64,000 bases of DNA from Lama guanicoe (taxonomy: Eukaryota). The stretch covers positions 4,020,161-4,084,160 of the forward strand of contig MU054323.1 of assembly GCA_013239625.1 (NCBI GenBank), in the 5' to 3' direction. A model generated the notes under the pieces. The model was not told where the DNA came from, did no database searches, and saw only the letters and a list, made by a program, of their open reading frames with translations. Position 1 is the stretch's first letter; every line of letters begins with the position of its first letter. The position numbers and the translations under genes are program-made. Positions 40,840-59,180 of the stretch are shown one piece after another.

Positions 40840-41510
40840 GGGGCTGTGTTCTGTGGGCCCTGCAATCCTCGCACCACCAGGGAAGTGGGGTGACCCCACC
40901 CCAAGGTGCCACATCCACCCGGCAAGCTACAACCTTTGCACCATCCTAGCCTCACCTAGAGACCTCGCACAAGGCTCCAATCCAGGCCTTGGCCTGTTTC
41001 TGCGAGACAAGCCCGTGAGCCTTCCCAGCTGGAGCTCACCGCTGGGCCTGAGCACCGCGCTTCCCGCGCCCACGCAGCCGGCGGCGTCCGGGGGCGGGGA
41101 GAACTGCGCAAAGCTGCGCGCCTCCCGCTCTGCCCGCGGCCGCCACGCCCTGCGCATGCGCCCTGGGGCGTGCAAGCGGTAAGAAGAGGCTTCAAGTTCG
41201 CCGCCATCTTGGGCCGTGGCTCTCTTTCTAGAGCTTCGGGAGGAACCGTCTGACGTGCGCTGGGAGAGTCTCTGTAAGTCCGCACTTTACTTACGGCCAG
41301 CCTTCTCTAGGCAGTATCGTTTCCGATGGTGTTCCCCCCCTGCAGCCCCGCTTTGTCCCTTGAACCGTGGTCGCTTTGGCCTCAGAGGAGCGGGCGCCGG
41401 CCCTCAGCCCTCCATCCGTGGCGGGATCCCCTCAGCTCCATGGCCTCCGTGCCTCCTAACGGCTTCCACTGCTCGGCCTCGCCGTGGGTACCGGGTGTCT
41501 CTCGCTTAAA
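40840..41510 (+). promoter_or_regulatory. TDRD15: CpG-island promoter of TDRD15
   Basis: The only CpG-dense block in the window. Contains GC box GGGGCGGGG (41091), KLF GCCACGCCC (41142), NRF1 TGCGCATGCGC (41151-41161) and YY1 CCGCCATCTT (41201-41210). Confidence 0.88.
41224..41273 (+). other. TDRD15: Putative non-coding exon 1 of TDRD15 (5' end uncertain)
   Basis: Donor GTAAGT at 41274-41279 just downstream of the promoter motifs. The start is placed at a TCT-like initiator and is inferred. Confidence 0.55.
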
Positions 41511-42049
41511 AATGCCCTTTTCAGAGAGGAAATATCCCCCAGGGTCGCTTCCATGGTGGCTGATAATATTGTCGGGGTGTTTTTACTTGCGGAGGTCAAA
41601 AGACATCAAGTCAGAATATGGTGGTGCGCTTCTGAAGAAACTGGTTTTTACGGAGTCACTCTGATACATATTTGAAAATAACTTTTTACCTTTTGGAATT
41701 AAAAAAAAAAAAAAGAAAGAAAGAAATGCAAGTCCCTTGCAGCATATCAGCTAAACGGAAGGTAAAGTTCATCCCCTGTCTGTTCTGCCAGTTCCATCTC
41801 CTAATTCATCCTTCGTCTCTTCATCTGTTTGTAGACAGACACATAGCGTATCATTTTTTATTCTATATACGTTACTCTGAGCACTCCCCTCCCCCAACTT
41901 AGGATCCCTAAAACCTATTCATCAGAGCCAATAAAAATAGATTTAACTTACTAGTTTTTAGTAGTAACAAAGAATAGAGGAGATGTTCTGTATCTTCCTC
42001 TTCCAGTGTTAATATTAACTTTAGGTTGTGTGTGGGGTGTGTGTGTGTT

Positions 42050-42378
42050 TCACAGCTTTACTGAAGGATAATTGAGGTATAACAAACTGCAGGTGAAGCG
42101 TGTAATTTGATGACACTTGACACAAGCATATGCTCATGAAACTGTTAATCAAGATAAACGTATCCATCACCCCTAAAAGTTTCTTCTGGTCCCTGCTACC
42201 CAACACTGATCTGCTGTCACTGTAGATTAGTTTGCATTTTCTAGAGTTTTATGTAAATGGAATACAGTGTGTATTCTCTCTCAGCTTTCACTCAGAATAT
42301 TTTGAGATCCGTTTATATTGTGTGTATTAATAACTTTGTTCCTCCTTATTGCTGATTAGTTTCCATTGTGTGGTTTCA
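42050..42378 (-). mobile_element. L1M 3' end fragment
   Basis: cagctttactgaaggataattg...tccatcacccctaaaagtttc...cactgatctgctgtcactgtagattagtttgcattttctagag. Confidence 0.82.
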
Positions 42379-42379
42379 T

Positions 42380-43589
42380 TTTTCAAGAACAAAGTATGGT
42401 CATTCAGATTTGGGTATTTTGTGGACATTTTCTTGAAAATGAGTAAAGTGAGCTTGACACTTTAAGGAAGACAACTGATAGCATCCGTGAATGATAAAAT
42501 TCAGGCTTTAAAGCCAGAATTGAAAATTTGAAAAACTTGTGTCTGTCACTGCAAGCTTGATGGCTTTCCAATATTTGAGTTTTCTAATGAGGTTGGTTTT
42601 GATATGTTGGGTAACGTATTATGTCAGTATATGGAAGTCCTGCTTAACTCTTAACCAATATTTTCAAAGGAATCAATGTAATATGTTTATAATCATTCAT
42701 GTTTAAAAATTCCATTCAAAATGCATGATAGACCCAGAGATTTTAAGGTAACAGAGTATAAAAAGTTCATTTATAAAGTTTAATATTCCATATTGTAAAT
42801 AATATCTAAGAAATGACCACTCCTAGGGTTTTTGTGAATATCAAAGAAGAATATCAGTTATATGAAAAAGCTATTAAAATGCTCCTCCCTTCTTTAACTA
42901 CGTTATCTGTATGTGGCCAGATTTTATTCACAGACTTTATCCAAAACAACTTATTGCAACGTATTGAATGCAGAAGCAGCTATGAGATTAAGAAGACATT
43001 GAGGTTTGCAAAATTGTAAAACTGTATCAGTCTTCTCACTAAATTTTTGGTTCTGAAAAATTGTGTTTCATTAAAATATTAGCATTTGATGGGTTTATTA
43101 TTTTAAAACATTTCTATTCTTATTTCCAATATGGTAAATGTTGGCAGAAGCCACATGAACACTCTTTGGGGGTCTGTCTTACAAAATACCTTAAATGAAG
43201 TGACCTATAAACAACTGAAATCTATTTCTCACAGTTACTCAGTCTGGGAAGTTCAAGATCCACTTGGTAGCAAATCTGGTGCCTGCTTCCTGGTTTATAG
43301 ATGCCTGTGTTCTCATTGTATCCTCATATAGCAGAGAGAAACTAGCTCTCTTGTCCCTTGTACCACTAATCACTAATTAGTGAAGGGCACTGATCACATT
43401 CAAGAGGGCTCAATCTTCATGACATCATCTTATCCTAATTGTGTCCCAAAGGCCCCGCCTTCTGATACCATCACATTGGGAGGTTGAGTTTCAATATGTG
43501 AATTTGTGGGAGAGGACACAAAATTCAGTCCATAACAGGATTTTTAGGTGTATAAAAGGGTCCTGAGGCCAAATATTTGTGAACCACTG
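42380..43589 (+). mobile_element. Charlie1-like hAT transposon remnant, interrupted by a MaLR LTR
   Basis: cattcagatttgggtatttt.tggacattttcttgaaaatgagtaaagtgagc..., ctattaaaatgctcctcccttc; terminus gggtcctgaggccaaatatttgtgaaccactg. Confidence 0.78.
43172..43537 (-). mobile_element. MaLR solo LTR (MLT1-like)
   Basis: tatttctcacagtt...ctgggaagttcaagatc...cccaaaggccccgccttctgataccatcacattggg...attcagtccataaca. Confidence 0.88.
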
Positions 43590-43679
43590 TTTTAATAGAA
43601 TTCTTTTTTTCTGGTTCTAAATAAAGGGGGTGGGGATGGGGGCTAGTGACTACTGAATTAAGAGGAAGGTTGCAGTTTT

Positions 43680-44248
43680 AAATAGAGTGGTCAGGAATGC
43701 TTCACCTAGAAGGAAACATTTCTGACCAAAAACTTAAAGATGAGGGAGCAAGCTGTGTTCTGGGAATAGTAAGCTCAAAACCTAGAACACTGTAGTTGCA
43801 GTGAATCAGTGTAATGAGAATGAGGTAAGAGAAAATGGGGGTCCTGGTGGCAGTGGTAGTGATTAGATCTTGTAAGGAAAGAATTCCATAAACCATAGTG
43901 GTGACTTTAGTTTTCAGACAGTGAAGTTAGGAGCTACTGAATTTTTTGAGCATAGTTGAGCATGTTGTGTCATATTTTTAAAAAGATCATTCTTGTTATA
44001 ATACTGAGAATAGTCACAAATAGGGTTAGGGTAGGGTTAAAGATGGAAGCAGGAAGACAAGTCAGAAACCTAGTATTACAGATGACAGGAAGGTAATCTG
44101 GACCAGGGTAGTAGCCGGAGAGATGGAAGAAAGTGTCAGGGTTTTTATATTCTCTGAAGATGAAGCCAGTAGGATTTCCTGATGAATTGTGTCATAGGAT
44201 ATAAAAAGGTGGAGTCAAGGATGATCGAAGATTTTTGGCCCGAGCAAA
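43680..44248 (-). mobile_element. L2 fragment
   Basis: gagtggtcaggaatgcttc...ggaagcaggaagacaagtcaga...gagtcaaggatgatcgaagatttttggcccgagcaa. Confidence 0.75.
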
Positions 44249-44477
44249 TATTTTACGTAGCAGATTATATTGATTTTATTGACTTTAACTTTGTTATAAC
44301 TTCATTTCTTCCCGTGATTTTAAAAGTTTAATTTTTTTTGCTAGTCTCTAGGTTTTGTCTCCTGAAGAAAGCTTTAACATAAGATTAGAAAAAAAATTAT
44401 TTTCCCTAATTCTTTATATGGTTTTTTAAAAAATTAGTTGTTTTATTTGCCTAGGATCTGTTTTTTCTTTCAGTAAA

Positions 44478-44706
44478 GCAGTTTCTCACCCTCCGCACTA
44501 TTGACATTTTGGGTTAGATAATGGTTTTTTGTGGGAGGCTTTTCTGTGCATAGTAGGATATTTAGCAGCATCTCTGGCATATACTTACTAGATGCCAGTG
44601 CAGTCTTCCACTCCCAACCTGGCCCGGTTATGACAAGCAAATATATCTCTAGACACTGTCAAATGTTCCCTGTGGGACAGCATTGCCCCTTATGGAGGGA
44701 CTACTT
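44478..44706. mobile_element. MER20 element
   Basis: cagtttctcaccctccgcactattgacattttggg...tttagcagcatctctggc...ctagatgccagt...tctctagacactgtcaaatgttcc. Confidence 0.88.
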
Positions 44707-44783
44707 CAATAAAGACTGTTAAAAAATTGAAACCCTGATTTTGAAATATGCGAAAAGTACTCTATGCTGTTTTATTTTTATAG

Positions 44784-44896
44784 CAACAATATTCTTAAAG
44801 ACTTGAATCTAGAAACCATTCTGAATATATGGAGACGCTAGGAGGAGGAAAACCAGGGCGCAGATGCTTAACTTGAATCAGTCATTTGGGAACATG
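44784..44896 (+). other. TDRD15: Putative TDRD15 exon 2 (5' UTR, possibly with the start codon)
   Basis: Acceptor tgttttatttttatag (ends 44783), donor ATG|gtaacc, purine-rich exon-like body. Confidence 0.6.
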
Positions 44897-46321
44897 GTAA
44901 CCTAGCCGGAGTACTAGTCAGAGTTTGACCAGAATTATCTTAAATTTTGAAAAAGGAATAATAAGCTGATTCTATCCCAGAATGGTGCTTTACCTGTTTT
45001 TGTTTGTTTGTATTTTTGGTTTTGGATTTGTATCTTTCACTTTTATTTTAGTTCTTGTCCATGATTACCTGAGTTAGTTGAAAGAGCAATGTGGAGCAGT
45101 GGGAGTAATGTATATAGAGAACTAGACTGAATCAGAAAAGGTGAATTCAGGCTCCTAAACTTCCTTTATCTTCATTTTTTTACTCTGAAAAATGAAAATA
45201 TTATTGCCAAGATCAATTAAACTAATGTACTGAAAACCTTTTGAAAAATGTACAGCATTATAAGGAGCTCTTAATTAAGGAAAGAAATCCAAATTTCTTT
45301 TAGAAATTTACAAATCAAAAATTTAAATTTCAAATATGGCTCAACTCTTTTCCTGTTGGACCCCCGCACTGGTCTAGACTTATTAGATGGGAAGTCATAG
45401 AAGACAGATTCCAAAACAGTAAGAGTGACATCATATATAATATGTATTCTATAGCATAAGGGAATTTTAGTATAGGTAGGGCTTTTTATATCAATTTTAA
45501 TAGCGTTTATATATTGTATTTTCACAAACCTTAGGGGAGCTGTGATCCTGTCATTTTTTTACTTAAATTTAGTAGAGGAGTTTGTGAACTTTGAATTTAT
45601 TTTTAAAATATATAGTCTTAAAAATAAAACATTTAAATATGATGTACTAAATTTAAAAGTAGTGATGAGCACTAATTAGTGCCATCAGATTAAATTATTG
45701 GTTATTTAAGTTGTGCCTCTGCTGTATCTTTATTTGAACCTATCTGTATCTGATCATGTAAAATTGTGGCACTATTACATTTGTCTGAGCCTGGTTTTTC
45801 CCTATACTGTGCTGTCAAACACAGTAAGGCAAATTATATGATGGAGCTGCTGTAAGACTATGTTCAGCAGAATGGTTTTATTCTCATACACTGGCTTTAT
45901 AGTTACATTGTATAAGTTTATGAAGTTATTAGAATACCATTTAGGAGTCTGATTTACAGATGTTTTATGTTTTCTATTTACTTCAAAAAAAAAAGTTTGA
46001 AAACCTGAATTGAATTCAGCCCTCTCATTTTACAGATTTAGAATCTGATTCTAAGAAAAAAGTTCCCCAAATTTCACACTATTAATTGAGTCTCAAGTAA
46101 AACTCAAGTTTCCTGATGGCCTAATCTTGTGTACACAGAGTAAGTACTTTCTATGAATACAGTAATGTTTTTAGGAATATAATACTAAGTAGAGTTTGAA
46201 TTTAGAACATCTTAATTTAAATTACATCTTTAAATAACATAATTGTACATTGTATAAAATAATTGGTTTGATTTTAAATTTCCTGTTAAATGTTTTTCCT
46301 TAATTTTCTCGATTATTACAG

Positions 46322-46405
46322 TTTGATTTTCAGATACACAAGAGCTTTATCCATAATCCAGGGAACCTTCTTCATGATCCTATTGAGCAAGCATTGGAGA
46401 GGCAG
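46322..46405 (+). other. TDRD15: Putative TDRD15 exon 3 (84 nt; 72 nt from an alternative acceptor at 46334)
   Basis: Polypyrimidine tract tgtttttccttaattttctcgattattacag, donor CAG|gtgaag; open and in frame with the main ORF. Confidence 0.55.
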
Positions 46406-48904
46406 GTGAAGGAGGCTGATTGACAGTCACAGAATAGGCTTTTCTGTCTGCCTGGTTAAGAATCTTTTTCCATGGTGAGCCCTTTGGTGTGCATCACATG
46501 GGACCTACAGATTTTCTTTTTATGTGTCGATTTTGAGAAGCTCATCCACCATGCTTCTTCAGACTTCTTTTGTAACAAATCCTTCAGTCTTGCTCTCCTT
46601 CAAAATTACCAATCATCCTATAGAAAGTATTAGGTTTTGCCTGCTAAGGTACATAGATTCTTAACTGAAGCAGTTTCTTCTTCAGGCAAAGTAGATATGC
46701 TGGTATTTCTATCAACTGTGAATATTTCCATTTGTTTCTCAGGCAAATCCTCCCCTGGGTTGGGATGAGTGCTTCCGCAGTCTATTCCTGGAAGTTACTG
46801 GCATTAGGTGAGAGCATATACAAACCAGGTTCAGATTTTTTCCCCCTTCCTTTGAAACTCCCTATGAGGCCATTTGTATTGTTTGAGGGAGGGATAGCAG
46901 TGTGGAGCAATAGGCTTCTGGTAGTTTGAGTAACTTTATATTGCAACTTCCTTATGCCTTGGGGGTTTCTTTGGCTTATTTTGTGTATACTATATTCATT
47001 TAATAAAAGAGTCCTTTTGGCTTCTGCTTTTTATACCTAAGGAGTGTGTGGTTTCTGAAAGATTTATGTATTTTTTTCCTTTTCCTATTTACTCAGGTGA
47101 ATAGTCACATGACCCTTTGGGTAAATGCCATGAAGAATGTTCTTGATATGGTCCAGCACAAGATCCTTTCTTAATAGTACCTGGTCTTCCCTTTATGTAA
47201 GGAATTACAGGTTTATAAACTGACTGAATCTGGGAATCGGGTAAAGGCCTGCGTCTTTAAATAATAACAGCTTAAGAAAGCCTTTTTTGTTTTGAAGTAT
47301 TTTGGTTTATTCTGATGAGAATCTTCTTTGTGTTGCCCGTTTATTCTTAAAAGACTCTAGGATCAAGTAAGCATAGCTTGGATCTATATAGATCAAATCA
47401 TGCTGATTATCACACCTTATTGATTATCTTGGAAGAAATAAAAACCATATTCAGTACCCAGATGACCCTTAATCTTAGCTGTCTCTAGCTTTCCAGTGTC
47501 CTATTTCACTTGTGGACTTGGGTCTTAAGTTTTAGAGCTTCTGTTCTTTTATCTCTGAGGTAACAGCATTTATACTTTGATAAGATTTTATACTCTTGTC
47601 CTTTGTGCTTCTCTTTCATCTTTTTATCCTTTTCTTCTGAGTTTTTGGATATTGTCTCAAAATTTTCTTCTATTCCATTTGTCTTTATTTTGCATTGAAA
47701 TTCCCCATTGCAGTTTAAAATCTTAGGTGTGTGTAGTTATTTCTAATCTCAGTTGTTGCATCTTCATGACTACTTAGTCATATAAAAATGCATTGTTCTC
47801 TTTTGGCCTTTTGAAAACAGGAGTCAGACTTTTGGAAAACAACTTTTTGCTGTTTTCCTTCAGTATGTTTATTCCTGAGGGGAGAATTTTCTTGGTTTCT
47901 TTTAAGTGATTCCCTCATTTTTTTTTTTACCCCCAATGTTTTTCTCTTTCTCATCCTCATAGAAAAAAATGATACTTGTCAACTGTTGTTAGAGTCAAGT
48001 AGGAGTTGAGCTGTGTCCTGTCAAAATGATGTTGATTCTTACCTCAATCTGGGGGCTATTTTATACTTTTTTAATATTTACCTTACAGTTGTTAGAATCT
48101 CAACAATCTAGAGAAAATTAGCTGGAGTCATAGTTATAGTAGAGAGCTTTGCCTCTATCCTAAAGATTTCTTTTCTTCTCCCCCTCCTTCCACACTTTTT
48201 GTGGGCAGCCATGCCAGTGAAGACCTGGATGTGCTTAACTTGCCTCAGGGTCTTTCCATGCCTTGCTTTCCTTACTGATGCCCAGGACTCAGCCTGTTGC
48301 CCTCAATCAAAAAAGGATCCTGGAGTTGTATAATGATGCTGATAGGGTCCAGATATTGCTAATTGACACAGTGGGAAGTGTAAATAGTGTTTCCCCTGTT
48401 GGTTCATCATCTACCCTTGCTTCTAGCACTCACCTCTGTCAGTTATGGGTTGTTGGAAGAAGTCTGCAAGTTTTCTTATAGGAGGGGGAGGTGTTCTCCA
48501 GTAGGCTTTATTTGGCTTCCTTCTGTTACACCATTTCAATCCAATATTGAGTAGAAATTTGTTAGTCTGAAAAATAAAGATGGCTTCTTTTCTGTTTTCC
48601 AGTTATTATATATATTCTTCCTATTTTTTTTACATTCTCTTGTTGATTTCAATAGAATTTTTTGACAGTGTGGGAGGCAGTGAACAGTTAGATGCATTTT
48701 ATTAATCTCTTCATCGTCTTGTCCATATTTTATCTCTTCATCATATTGTCCAGTGAATATAATTTTTACCAACATGTTCAGTTGATAAATACAGTCATAG
48801 AATTATTTTTAAGGTTTACATTTACAGACATCTAAGGCTAATTTCATTTAATTTTGAAAGCTATCTGTCCAGAAGCTAATTAGTTCTTATTATTTGCTTT
48901 TTAG

Positions 48905-55174
<6,270 letters not shown>

Positions 55175-56015
55175 CCATTTTTTAAAAGATTTGTTTTTGT
55201 AGACTTTGTAGATTCTATTTTTGATTCTTTAAAAGTTTGTTATTTACTGAACTTATTTAAGTTGAGAATATCCTGCAAGATTTTACTAGAAAATCTGAAT
55301 AAACGGGTAACTGAAAGTGATCACTTGAATTATAAAATGATGCTTCACTATACTTACCTTTTCTGAGAGTGACTTTTGAAAACGTAATGAAAGTAAAGGA
55401 TTTGAAACGTGTGCATGCATGACATCTTACAAATAATTTCAAGGGTTTCAGAGAACTCCTAAAGGCGCATAGATCTCAGGTTGATCTTGCTACTATTAGA
55501 GAGCTTCCTGGGCTCATTTTGAAGAATTAATTTTCTATTATATATTATGGTTCTTATCAGATCAAATATATCTTTAGGTTTTTTGAGTGTGCTTCTGGCA
55601 CATTGTTAATGCAGTTAAACTTACAGAATGAACTGATTCCAGCATATTTTATCTTAAAACCTTTAGACATCAAATTGACTCTAAAATATTTTTTAAATTT
55701 AACATTTTATGTGCTAGAGTATTGTCTGATTTTGCTTATTCACATGATAATTCATTTTTGATATGGATTAGTTACTGAGGATTTTATAGGCTGTGAAGAA
55801 TGTTCCCTGCTTAATGACTGTTTGTTCTGACTATTTGTATATTATTCCATATTGTAACTAGTATCATACCAGGTTATATTCTTTCAATGAATGGAGGTGT
55901 CTTGTTTTCATTGATTGTATTTTAGAAAGAGTATTTCATTTGAATTCATATTAGATATTTTATAGTGAATTGATAAATACTTTAAAATCGTCCTTTTCCC
56001 TTATCTTTTCTTGTA

Positions 56016-56130
56016 GTAACAGTTATGGTAGAGTGCTTACCAAGTTCCAGGTACTGTGCAGAGTTTTATATGTATTATCTCACTTAAAGCTTACCAGAAC
56101 TCCATAAAGTAGGTTGGTATTAAGGTTTTA
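56016..56130 (-). mobile_element. MIR fragment
   Basis: gagtgcttaccaagttccaggtactgtgcagagttttatatgtattatctcacttaa. Confidence 0.7.
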
Positions 56131-56892
56131 AATGGAGCCTGATAACTAGTATCCTACTTCTTTGTCTGAATTCTGAACTGCTTTAAAGACAAGGAGAGAG
56201 ACTGTTGATGAGCAACACACCTCATTTATCTAAAACAAAAACAAAAACATTAGTGATGAATGTGTCTTATATCCTTGGGCAAGTAGTTTTACCAATACGG
56301 AATCAATAATTTAGACTTGCCCAAACAGGAAGTACATTTTGGCACATAAATCTTTTATTATTCCTTTACCTGTGTATATTCTACCTTTGTTTTTCCCATC
56401 AAATTCTTTAAGATCCCACTTTTGGTCCCCACCTCTAGCCCACCTCCTGCATTTCTTAGCACACAGTGAATCAATAAGTGAATTAAAGTGAAAATCACAG
56501 TTACAAAAGGAGTTAGAGAACCAAACATGAAATTATACTTCTAAAAAAAAATGTGAAGTCCTGTTTAAGAAAAAATCGTAACTTTGGCGAGACAAATGAA
56601 AGAAAACGTGGTTTCATGGACTTAGCCTGATAAACTTGCTATAATCATTGTTTTAAAACAAAACAAAATAAGAAAACAACATAAAAAAACTGGTTTAATT
56701 GCTTTCAGTACCATTCAAGCTCCTTCCACCTGTATTACTTGTCCAAGGGCAGTGGTGACCACTTCTGTTCGCTATTATTGCCTGCAGGTGCTCTGAGTCT
56801 AGAGCAAAATACTTTTAGTAGTTTTTGTTTGAAGATATCAATAATTGAAACTCTCTTGCCTGTGAAAAATGTTAGCAGAGGGGCTCTAACAT

Positions 56893-57062
56893 CAGTGCTT
56901 TTCAACCTAGACTTTGCATTAGCATTAAGAAAGGAAGTTTAAAAAAAATTCTGATACCTGGGTCTTACTTTTGGAGCTTGTTTTAGTTGGTCAGGTAGTT
57001 GCCTCGCCATTAGGGTTTTAAAGCTTCCCAGTTGATTCTAATGTACAGCCAAGAACCACTAT
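56893..57062. mobile_element. MER5-like hAT-Charlie element
   Basis: cagtgcttttcaacct...gcattag...aaagcttcccagttgattctaatgtacagcca agaaccact. Confidence 0.78.
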
Positions 57063-57754
57063 TCTAGAGAGTATTGTGGATAGCTTTCTAAATTTGTGAC
57101 AGAAAAAATAATTCTGGATTTCATGTGTGAAAAATCTGTCCTGAATTTGGAGTCCAGGATATGTATAACGAGTCCCAGTAATCCTGTGCTTAACTTAATT
57201 CAGAGTAAAAGACATTGTGTTAAAACTTGCCTAGACATATAACACATTTCTTTCCCAGGTATTGTTTTAGTTATAGAAGTTGCTGACTCTTACATTTAGA
57301 AAACTGGCTTAACTTTTCTCATAGATCCAGCCTACTAACATATCAGTAAATAAATTTTAAGTTTTTTTTTATTTGCAGACTGTTTTCTCCGAAATAAAAA
57401 TGACTAGTCTTTTTTCCAGGTTTTTTTTATTGTTGTAATTGATTGATTACTTGCTTGCTTATTCTTGAATAGATCACGCGGGAACTAGAGACGCAACAAT
57501 CCTTTAGAAAGGCAAAAAATATCTAGTTACTCTGGTAATGAGGAAGTGCTTGATGTTTATGTGCTACCTTCTACAGTTTATTTAACTGGAAGGTACCTTT
57601 GAAATAAGTCTGGAATGGCAGTCCAATTTTAGACAAAGTTTTGCCTGATATTTAAAAATTTGAGACAATGTCTAGACATCCAGAGGGGAGTGGCTGACAG
57701 GCATACAAAATGTAGGCCTGAACTTTGAAAATACTGCAGTGTAATACTTATTAG

Positions 57755-57978
57755 ATCTAGCATGGTAGTTTAAAGTATGAGCACTGAGGCTCTACTCCTT
57801 GAGTTTGAATTCCTGCTTTCTTCTTTTTAACTGAAACTGTTGGTAAGCTTTTTAGGTGATCTCTTCCTCAGTTTCTTCATCTGTAAAATGGAGATCATCA
57901 TAATAACTACTCCATTGTGAGGATTAAGTAAAACATGTAAAGCATTTTCACTAGTACCTGGTGCATAGTAAATGCTCC
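57755..57978 (+). mobile_element. MIR SINE
   Basis: cctcagtttcttcatctgtaaaatggagatcatcataata...tgtgaggattaa...gtacctggtgcatagtaaatgctc. Confidence 0.88.
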
Positions 57979-58468
57979 CTTTTAGAAAAGCCAGTAATCA
58001 TCATAATAAAGCTACTGTATTTTGAAAATACTGTAAAATAGAAACTTAATTTCTGATGCAGCTGTGTAAGAAACAAATATTTAGAACAACGTATACATAT
58101 GCACACACCATGTTTGCAATGTAATGGTAGATTAATGGTTAAATTTCTGTTTTGAAGATAGGATTTATGATTATGTTCTAAATAAATACTAGAATAAGCT
58201 GTATGTGTTTTTTCCACAGTGATTATATATATTGTTTAAGAAAAGCTATTTTAAATTGTTATGTATGTATAATTTTATGTATATATGTTATATGTATAAT
58301 TTGTACTGTATTTTTTTCTTTTACTTTTTATATTGGGGCTTTTAGGACTTGTTAAATAAAAATTCTGTTTATAGTAGGAATTTTTCAAAATCTTGAATAA
58401 CTATTACTAAAACTCACAATGATCTGAAAATTATATTCCAACATACTTAATTTTTGCTTTTCTTTCAG

Positions 58469-58527
58469 TAGAGAGAGATGAAAGTTCAGATTGTTTATGC
58501 ATCAGTTTGGCAACAAATGATACATAG
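58469..58527 (+). CDS. TDRD15: Candidate terminal coding exon of TDRD15 (VERDESSDCLCISLATNDT*)
   Basis: Strong acceptor cttaatttttgcttttctttcag; phase-compatible with the donor at 55166/55167. Inferred, not proven. Confidence 0.45.
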
Positions 58528-59084
58528 GATACACAGTAATGACTGTTTTTAGATGCTCCAGTTATATTATAAAAGTGGTAAGCATAGAAGAACTTCTAAT
58601 ATTAAAGCATGTTAAGATAATCTAGAGTGTTCAAATTATTTTCCCAGGAGACAGTGATTAGAATGTTAGAGAAATTATGTGACCAAGAATTGTGTGATTA
58701 TTTGATTTCAAAAAGATTACTTAGGAAATGTGATTCACCCCTAAATTATCTTAAACATTTTATTTGATAAATAATTCTTTGCATGTGCTTTCAGTCGTTA
58801 GATTATACCATTTTACCTTTACCTTCAATGTTTTTCAGCTGTCTTTTCTGACTAAAGACTTTGTTTCAGTTGCTACTTTGTAGGGTTATAATTGCAGTCA
58901 GTGGATAATACATAGAGTTAATGTTACATAACCATAGTCCTTGGAAAATACAGGTAGGTGCTTTTATGACTAACATTTATCAAAAGGGTATAGAAGAGAG
59001 GTCAGACTTAATCTCATCTTTACATCTCTTTAGTTCATACTGTGGTGTTTTTCTTTCTTTCATTTTATTTTATAGTTCTGTCTT

Positions 59085-59180
59085 TTTTTCCCCCCCCCCT
59101 TTAATGGAGACACTGGGGATTGAACCCAGGACCCCATGCATATGAAGTATGTGCTCTACCACTGAGCTGTACCACCCACT
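59085..59180 (-). mobile_element. Vic-1-like SINE
   Basis: taatggagacactggggattgaacccaggaccccatgcat...gtgctctaccactgagctgtaccaccc. Confidence 0.85.

Noticed and set aside
45662..45753. Intronic C/D-box snoRNA-like pattern (GTGATGA...CTGA) with the palindrome gcactaattagtgc
   Set aside because: No terminal stem, and no rRNA/snRNA guide that I could recognise. A snoscan or Infernal search would be needed to revive it.
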